The notes under the pieces are model-generated. The model made no database searches and was not told where the DNA came from. It worked only from the letters and a program-made list of their open reading frames with translations. A stretch of 45,718 bases of DNA from Dimargaris cristalligena (taxonomy: Eukaryota): positions 1 to 45,718 of the forward strand of contig ML002300.1 of assembly GCA_003614675.1 (NCBI GenBank), read 5' to 3'. Position 1 is the first letter of the stretch, and every line of letters starts with the position of its first letter. Position numbers and translations under genes: made by a program. Below are positions 37,480 to 45,718 of the stretch, one piece after another.

Positions 37480-38915
37480 GTAATGAACCTATCTTTAGTA
37501 TTATAGTTTCGCCCTGCTCGAATCGGATATGCTGATTTTTATGGCGTGTCCCTCCTCCCCCTCCTCTTCCGCGTATTATACTTTTTGATTCCGTATCTAT
37601 ACACCCACTTAGCCACACTTTTGGCCGGCCCCCTTTTACGTTACCCACCCCCCCTTTATTAATCTCGTTATGTTCGTAATCCGGGGACTGTTCCGGTAAT
37701 TCCTTAACTAACTAGTTTTTAGCCCCGTTTTACACTTTTCTGCCGTGGTTCTCGGAGCTTTTACTCGCCTTTGTGTTTACCACCTTGAAAGGCGTGATTT
37801 GCAAACCCACCCTACGGCAGTCGGGGTTCATATACTATTATAAATGTATGCCGCTTACAGCGGCTTAGCAACTGCGCCAGCATTGGCAAATGTAATTGCT
37901 TGGCATAATAGAGAAGACCGTTTCTAGGAATATATATAATAACTGCTGGGGACCAGATACAAGGGCATTCTTTATTCGTGGTGGTTACGGCTATCATCCT
38001 CTGCGACAGAACTCGAATAAGGAAGGAGATAAAGGGGCAGTGGTATATATTTGGGTCAGGCCGTCGACCTCACCGGAACTACCGGCTATCAGGCTAATAC
38101 ATTAATTAGTAATCGGCGAACCAAGAGGGATTAGGTGGAATCGACACCATAATCCAGTTATTTGGATGTATTATTCACGCGCGTGTTACACCTGAGCCTA
38201 GGGATGATATAGACTGGCCGTGCTAGTATTATATATAACTACGTGGTCGCCGTCGCTTCGTAATTTCCCCATACACATGGGCGTGATATAATCCCTCTCT
38301 TCCCTCAACCGTGGCAACTCAGCACGACACGAGATGGGTTAATAATATTCGTCACACCAGTGTCCTCACATACACCTCTCCAGGGACTTTTCCGCTCCCG
38401 CTCCCGTTCCTTCAACAGGCTTTTAAGGACTATTGTTGAGGATCGCGCCGCTCAGCTCCAACTGTGCATTGGGTTCAGGTGCTTTTGAGTAATTTCCATT
38501 CTCCATACTATATAAATACCACGCTTTTGTCGCCACATGCCTTCTGGTCTATTTTAGTTCTACTCCAGCTTCCCCTTGATCATCCTTCTGACCAGCTTCA
38601 TATATATATATACACACACATTCATATACCTCTATTGGTGTAGATTGCCCCGGCTTGGTCGCGTCCTCATCTCCTCGATTGGTCGAATCAATTGGCCTAA
38701 ACCCCTTCTCATCTTCCAACGAGATATAACCTTCACTCTATACTGGTCGTAGCTGGCGGACGCCACTTCGTCTTCCCCTTCCTTCCAGCGGCATTTTCTA
38801 GTAAATCCACATTTTCCATTCTTTACCGCTGAATTCCATTCCGCCACATATATAAGCCCAATCCTCTAGATTCCTCCCCCCTCCCTCGCCTCACTTCCCT
38901 TTCTTCACAACCACC

Positions 38916-41900
38916 ATGTCCGGCTTAAGGCTCCCTCGTAAGAGAAAGTATTCGTGGCTGCCCGAACATCACCCCAGTGCCATTTCCGCCATATCCGCCG
39001 CAGCGGCTGAGGAAGGCGGTGGTCCTCAGTCGCCCACCACGGGCAAGTCCGCTAAAGGCGCCAAAGCATCCGCCACGACCCCGACGACGGCGACGACACC
39101 GGCAGCTACTGCCGCCACTACCGTTCCTGCCATTTATGCCGACCCCACCGATCCCGCCACGTCGTCCGGTCTCGTATCCTCCCCCACCACGGCCACGGCC
39201 AAAACGGAAATGAGTCGGACTGCGACCAGCGCGCCTACCGCCGCCACCAGTGGTAGTAGTGGCGGTGTGGGGGGTCCGAAGCAGCGGCGCCGGAAAAAAA
39301 TGGACACCGAAACCAAAGACATGTTAAAGAACCTAGGTGGTACCCCAACCCAACCGTCCCGGGGAGGTACTAGCGGTGAAACCGGCAGTTCCCATCCCAA
39401 AGCGAGTGGACAGAGCACTAGAGGAAGTTCCACCGGTGGACGGGGATCGAAGAAATCGAGCGGTAGTTCCTCCCGTCCGATGGGTCGCTTACGATCCGGG
39501 CCACGGATTACCCGGCCGGTTCCCGATATTATCCAGGAGCTGCTGGATTCCGAAGATGATGATCCCTCCCCCGCGGCAGCAACTGCCGCTACTCGCTCTG
39601 TCGAACCCTGGGATGATGCGCTCATCCCCTCCCTTAATGGTGAGGGCGGATCCGCCAAAATCCCCCGTAAGGTCGCCCGGGTGCGGGCTCGGTATATCGC
39701 TAACCCGGATGCGGGGACTACCCCCACGCGGAGTTATCGATCCCATGAGTCTAATCGAAGTGGGTCGGCACCTCACCACCGTTCCTCTAGGCACGGTGTC
39801 GATGGTATATCCGGCGAAGTTGCTGACACCCCGTCACATCATCCCTATCACCAACATCACCATCATCATCAACACCACTCCCTCGATACGCGTATTTCCC
39901 CCACCGATTCACCGGTCAATAACGCCACTGCTGTCGCCGCCGCAGCTATCATTGGACTGCGCAACCCCTCCGGTGGCGCTAACGGGAAGCTAAGCTCCCG
40001 GGGCGGTACACCCTCTAGTCTACCGCCTACCACCGGTCGGTCCAGTGGTCCTAAGCATGTCGACCCCAACCCCCACCTTAAATTTACATCGTTCCCCTCT
40101 TTTAACCCCATAGGAGTCAAGTCCATCAATTCAAACTACCTGCGAAGTGAGGCGGCCTACACGGGTATTCCCGGTGGGGAGGCCCGGTACTACCAGAAGC
40201 AGTGGGCCATGCCTGCTACTGCCAGTGACGGCACTAACGGGCCCGCCACCGACCATGACCCCACCGCCCAGGTGAACCCAGGATTCCTGGAGCCGTTAGG
40301 AACCATCATCATTCACCCCGGATCACGGTTCCTGCGGATAGGCAAGTCCACCGATATTTTCCCCCATGCCATCGAACATGTTATTGCCCGGAAAACAAAA
40401 GTCAACCCGGCCGTGGCTGACTGCATATACGCCCGGTTCGCCCAGGCCTCGGTGTCGGCTAGCACTTCGGATGCCCCCATGGAACCGGATACTGAAATGA
40501 CTGATTCCACTTCTTCAGCCGACGTCGATACCGACGAAGCCGCTCCTCCCTCTGCTGCCGATGCCACCCCTGCCAGTCAACTTGGGGAGACGGAGGGAGG
40601 AGACAACCCGGCTAATCCCGATTTGGCGGTGGATCCAGAACCATTGGCACCTACCGAGACCGCTACGACTCAATCGGAGGATACCAACCCTCCGCCAGCT
40701 AGCGAAGTCGCTTCTCAGGCTGCGGCTACTTCCGAAGATTCCAACCCCCTGGACTCGAATTCCCCGGATCGGGAAACTCAATTGACACATATATTCGACC
40801 AAATGGACATTGAACTTCGGCAGCGCTTAAAGGATGCTAAAAGGCGTCCCGTTAACAATGCCCTCACCATGGTCACCAATTTCAACGAAAAGGCCCAGCC
40901 CGAATTGATTTCCGACCATAATGACCCGTACAAGGTGGAATGGACCGATGTGAAGCGGCAGGAGCCTTACTACACGGGTACGGCGGCTTTGCGCATTCCC
41001 CACGTGATTCCGGCCGCTTCGTTGACACAGGAGGAACGGTCCGAATTACTCTACCGGACACCTACCCAGAGCGACCTTAATTCAGGTTCAGATACTCCAG
41101 CGACCGCCGCCCCTTGTCGGTCCGAATACGTAATGCGCTGGCCCATCCAGCGGGGCCAATTCAATTGGCGGGACTACACCAGTATGCACGCCGTGTTAGG
41201 TGACCTCGAAACCATTTGGGCCGACGCCATCGAACACGAATTAGGCATCCCGCGGGCCCAATTCCACCGCTGGTCGGCCGTCCTCGTGATTCCCGACCTG
41301 TACCACCGGCACCAGGTGGAAGCGCTCATGAACCTCGTGCTCAACTACCTGGGTCTGCGGCGGATCCTCATCCAACAGGAAGCGGCCTGCGTGACGTTCG
41401 GGGCGGGTATTTCGTCGGCCTGTATCGTGGATGTCGGGGCCCAGAAGACGAGCGCCGTCTGTGTCGAAGACGGCTACTGCCTACCCACGACGCGGGTGCA
41501 GGCCCAGTACGGCGGCGATGATATTAGTTTGGTGCTGGCCGAACTGTTGGTGCGGCACTCGTTCCCGTACACGGAATTTAGTTACCTTAACCGGGCGTAC
41601 GACTGGCAATTGCTGAACGACTTGAAGGAGAAGTACGGGACGTTGAATGAGGCGGATGTCACCGTGCAGGTGTACGATTTCGTGGCCCGGGTGCCCTACC
41701 AGGTGGCCCGAAAATACCGGTTTAAGGTGTACGATGAACCCTACTTGGCTTCCATGACCCTGTTCTACCCTAAACTGTTGGAGTACTTGGCTCCCTTCTC
41801 GTCATCAACGTCGGTATCGGCAACGCCAGCGGCTTCGTCCCCGGCAGTGGCATTAACGTTGCACCACAAGCACCCCCTAGAGGCTGGAGCGTGTCCGTCG

Positions 41901-42733
41901 ATTATCGCCACCCACGATTTTTCGGCCCATGAAAGCCACAGTTCCTCGTCTCAAGACCCACATCACCATAGTCATCGTAACCATCAATACGGCCTTACTC
42001 GGTTTGGTAAAATTCCTATGGTGCTCAAACCGGTATACCCTGACCCTTCACCACTTTTACAGGCCCCCGCTGGCCCGGCCGTGCCGAATGGCAGTGCGAA
42101 TGGCGCAGAGAACGGTGGTAATGGGCAGGTAAATGGACTGGCCCCGAGTCCATCTCCGGCACCCGGCGAGACGGAATCGCAGGCGTCACCCCAACCCCCG
42201 TCTTTGGCGATGGATGCGGCCCGACCTGCCCAGTACCCGGAATGGATGAACAACCCCCACCAGCCCATAACTCTTCCGGTTTACCACCACCACCACCAAC
42301 GTCGTCATCGGCGGCCGCGACGACCGTGCCGGCCGAGCCCCAATGGATTTCCCAGCCCGACGAGCTAGCCCCCTACAAACTCCAACCCCTCGATACCATC
42401 ATCACACACTGCATCTCGCACTCGGGGCCGGAAGACCGCTGCAAGCGCTACTACGCCAACATTATCCTGGTCGGCGGTGGCTGCGCCCTGACCCCGCTCT
42501 TCGCCAATTTCCTCGAAAGCCGCCTCCTGCGCGCCCGGCCGGCCCACCTCCAGGGCATCGAGAAAATCCAGGTACTGCCCTCACCCCGGGACTTGGATCC
42601 CCGCGTCTTGGCGTGGAAGGGCGCATCGGTTTTGAGTAAATTGGACATTGCGGGAGAAATGTGGATCCAGGGGCCCGAGTGGAATGAACTGGGCACCAAA
42701 AACTTTAAGAATCGCCTCCTGTTCTTCTGGTGA
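38916..42733 (+). CDS. ARP8: Actin-related protein 8 (INO80 complex); coding region split by a -1 frame change within 42122-42368
   Basis: ORF 38916-42368 has INSNYLRSE, IIIHPGSRFLRIG, HNDPYKVEWTD, RWPIQRGQFN, VLVIPDLY and TFGAGISSACIVDVGAQKT..CVEDG. ORF 42242-42733, in another frame, carries the actin-fold C-terminus PLD..I..CI...IILVGGG...PRDLDPRVLAWKGASVL...MWI...EW. Confidence 0.9.
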
Positions 42734-44351
42734 AATGGATAGACAAGCAAAGGGGGGAAAGGGACGGTTGGGCATGTGCTTCGTTTTGACAGCTTTGCCT
42801 TACTGTGCCCCTACTTCCCCCCACTCTCTTCCCTTTTGTCAGCTCTTCATTCTACTCTTGGTATCACAGATACAGAGGCCGTGAAGGAAATCGAGATATT
42901 TCTATACGAATGTTTGCCTATCTATATCATTTATGGCCACCATTCGCCCTTGGGACTATCTAACGGAAAGAAATATACTTTTACATATATATCAAGACTG
43001 GTTTTTTTAAAAAATAATAATAATATCTATGGCCGATGTATACACCCAAAATAGCACGGACTATTCTTAGTTTTATTCTACCGTTTTTCCCTCCGGGGTG
43101 TTTACTCTATTCTAATGAGCTCATAATGCCATCACTCCATTCGTTTAAACTCGGTTTCGGTAAAAATGCGAAGAGAGCCCTAAGAGAGAGTGGGTAAGTT
43201 TTAACCGTGAACCATTATAATATTTTACTGATTTTTGTATGTACATACCTCTACTATTTATTTATTTACAGCAGCAGCAGCAGCTTCTCTTTTCACCTTC
43301 GTATCCTTATTTATGATTTCGAGTGCCGTCAATCTTATATTAATGAAACACTTCAACGATGAAATACCTTGTCACTGCGGGACCGAGCAGCTATGAGTAT
43401 GGACGTTCCAGGGATGCTTGTTTGAAAGCAAACAATCATACGAATCGGCTAAAACGTATTTTCCGTTTCGACTTCTATTTTCTGCTTGAAACTTTTGTCG
43501 CAGTCAACAGATTGCACGTTGAACCAGATTAGCCATGGGCCCAGCCTAGTCGATACTGGTTTGTTCTTGTTTATTCGCCTTCCAAATTGACATCAGAACC
43601 CCGATGGTTCTGTCCATTTAGCGATGCCTAAGGCGCTGGCAATTCGTCATTGAATCCGCTATATCCAACCTTCGGTCTCTATTGCTCACATGTTATCAAC
43701 TTCGCTATTCGCCTTACACTTGCTGGTACTGTATAAATAGACCCAGCATTTCCAATCTATGAATAAAGCAGACCATTTTTATGTGAACGTCTCTAGGATA
43801 AGGAATTCCTGCTTCGGGTATTCCTTTTTGGTGGTTTAGTGTCATCCCTGAGTATTCTTTACTGTCTTCCGAGTATTATCCGAGTTTCTTTAGAGTATAT
43901 TATTTTCCCATTTTTACTAGTATATCACTTACGTTATAGGTGGCAGGAAACCCTTTCGCCCTTCGTGCCCTGTCCCTCCCAAGCTCTGTATAATAACCCC
44001 GTACCTCTACTGCTTTAAAGGCTATATACGTTTTATCGGCAGAGATTTCTAAATACCGGCAGTGGGTAAACCACCCATTGAGATTGCCCTTTAGTCCCCC
44101 CCCCCTGTTTTAAACAGAGAGAGAGCGAGAGAGATAGAGATGTATTAATTTCCTTGACAATAATTAACCGGTAATTAAATGAAGCTAATTTGTACCAGTA
44201 GGGGTATAGTGATTATATGATTAGCAGAGGCAAGGCTATCGAGAGTACTATGATCACCAAAATGGCCAAGAGATCCAACGTGCAATTTACAACATATTAA
44301 ATTAGGGTCTTTGTTTCCGCGTTATCTCTAGTTGAACAAAACGGATATCTC

Positions 44352-44423
44352 CCCTTGTATGGTCGCTATAAAGCGTGAGTCTCCCTTGTATGGTCGCTAT
44401 AAAGCGTGAGTCTCCCTTGTATG
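44352..44423. repeat. 31-bp tandem repeat, about 2.3 identical copies (CCCTTGTATGGTCGCTATAAAGCGTGAGTCT)
   Basis: Copies start at 44352, 44383 and 44414 (partial). Confidence 0.95.
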
Positions 44424-45387
44424 AACCCAATTTATGCTGCGAAAAGGCGCCATACGGTTCAAAGTACAAATGTCCTAAATGACTCTGCCGTCTGGCTGGT
44501 GAGATCATTCCGCTATACGAGTATGAGGGAAATTCGTAAGCGCTCTGAAGTAATATGAAACACAGGGTTTCATTCAAAGGGGACCCGACATGGATGAATG
44601 GCTTATTAACTGCTTTGATTTGACAACTGGGGTGAACATTGATCTTGCTAATCATATAGGGTGGGAATTATCTATGACACAAATAACAAAGAATAGCCCC
44701 TCCATACCTTTTAGATCAGGGCTTTAGCTGTCAAAATATTCATCCAACCCATTACCCTCAAAATGTAAAGTGGTGAAGGTAAACAGCCACCCAACTTGAA
44801 AACCACCCCCCGCCTCCTCTTGGGATGCAGGCATATATGGTTCTCTGTTGTTCGACAGGAGGGCCATGTAAGAGACACCTTCAGCCCAGTCTTTTTATAT
44901 ACATTTGCATTTCACTTTTCCCCCAACTTCAATTTGCTGCTCTCTTCAATCAAGCATTACATTGGACAATTACTACCGGTAAGTCCAGGTATCAAGTAGA
45001 ATAGATGCATTCTATTTAAACTTGCCATTATAATATTATGAACCATGCGCATCAATAGTGTGGTTTTGATCCATATCTATCCTGCTTCTAGCAATCTAAC
45101 TAGTACCCATACACTCATTACCACTATTCCATTATGTAGACCCCACCTCTAATCGCCCACTTTCCTCGCCCAACCCCACACCCCCTACCTATCCAGTTTC
45201 CAAAACTTCAGTCCAACAACATGTACAGCCGTTCCTGCCTCACTGCCCTAGTGGGATTCGTCCTCTCATTTCATACCCCCATTCTACTCTATCTGATCTT
45301 CAAGTATCTGACAAACCCACCACCACCACCACTACTACTACGACTCAGTTGCAGCACTTTTGAAACCACACTGCCCCTCCTAGTGCC

Positions 45388-45606
45388 ATGGCCGGAGGTC
45401 AGCCCAAACCTTCCAAGTGGTCAGTGATCAGGGATAAGCTTATGGGTGGTAATAAGGAGTCTAAACCAGCGACCAGTGGAACTAAACCTCCTTCAATGAG
45501 CAGTTTGGTGAGGTTTGCCAAAGCTGGAAAAAATGCCAAAAGAGTGGTTGCCAATTCGAGGTTTAGGGCCCAGCAAGTAACCCAGTGTTCAAAAACTCCC
45601 CATTAA
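45388..45606 (+). CDS. Possible exon of a small hypothetical gene near the window end
   Basis: Coding-like ORF MAGGQPKPSKWSVIRDKL... in GCCATGG context with a possible GTAACC donor near its end. An upstream ATG at 45221 encodes a hydrophobic leader that might be spliced to it. No recognisable family. Confidence 0.3.
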   Translation: MAGGQPKPSKWSVIRDKLMGGNKESKPATSGTKPPSMSSLVRFAKAGKNAKRVVANSRFRAQQVTQCSKTPH

Positions 45607-45718
45607 TGAAACCTACCCCCCCCCCCACCCCTTGATCCAACCCTACTTTTAGTGGACATTGGTAGCTGTTGGGCCAGTGGTTTGAGGCCCCTCCCTTCTG
45701 GGACTAAGGCTGGGGGAG

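Noticed and set aside
44352-44423. CRISPR-like array
   Set aside because: The repeats are directly adjacent with no spacers, the context is eukaryotic and there are no cas genes.

Overview
Eukaryotic, intron-containing fungal genomic DNA (GT-AG introns with CTAAC/CTGAC-type branch points), so the raw ORF track splits most genes. I rebuilt the gene models by hand from splice signals and reading-frame continuity. Twelve genes are well supported, in order: NECAP (-), a secreted His-1 LPMO-like protein (-), a COG2907-type FAD oxidoreductase (+), an expansin-like DPBB protein (-), SNAPC1/SNAP43 (-), an alpha-arrestin (+), CK2 beta (+), HPM1/METTL18 (+), ERV29/SURF4 (-), EFM5/EEF1AKMT1 (-), PEP4 (+) and ARP8 (+, with a reading-frame break). 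The SNAPc subunit points to an early-diverging, non-Dikarya fungus; Zoopagomycota is my guess, not a demonstrated assignment. The intergenic regions hold short, decayed fragments resembling Tc1/mariner and LINE/RTE elements, a 31-bp tandem repeat and microsatellites. I found no tRNA, rRNA, snRNA or CRISPR array by eye. The best leads are (1) the secreted protein with a predicted N-terminal His and LPMO-like motif layout, close to an expansin-like gene, (2) the -1 frame break in ARP8, and (3) the fungal SNAPC1. No database searches were run; all family calls come from motif recognition.
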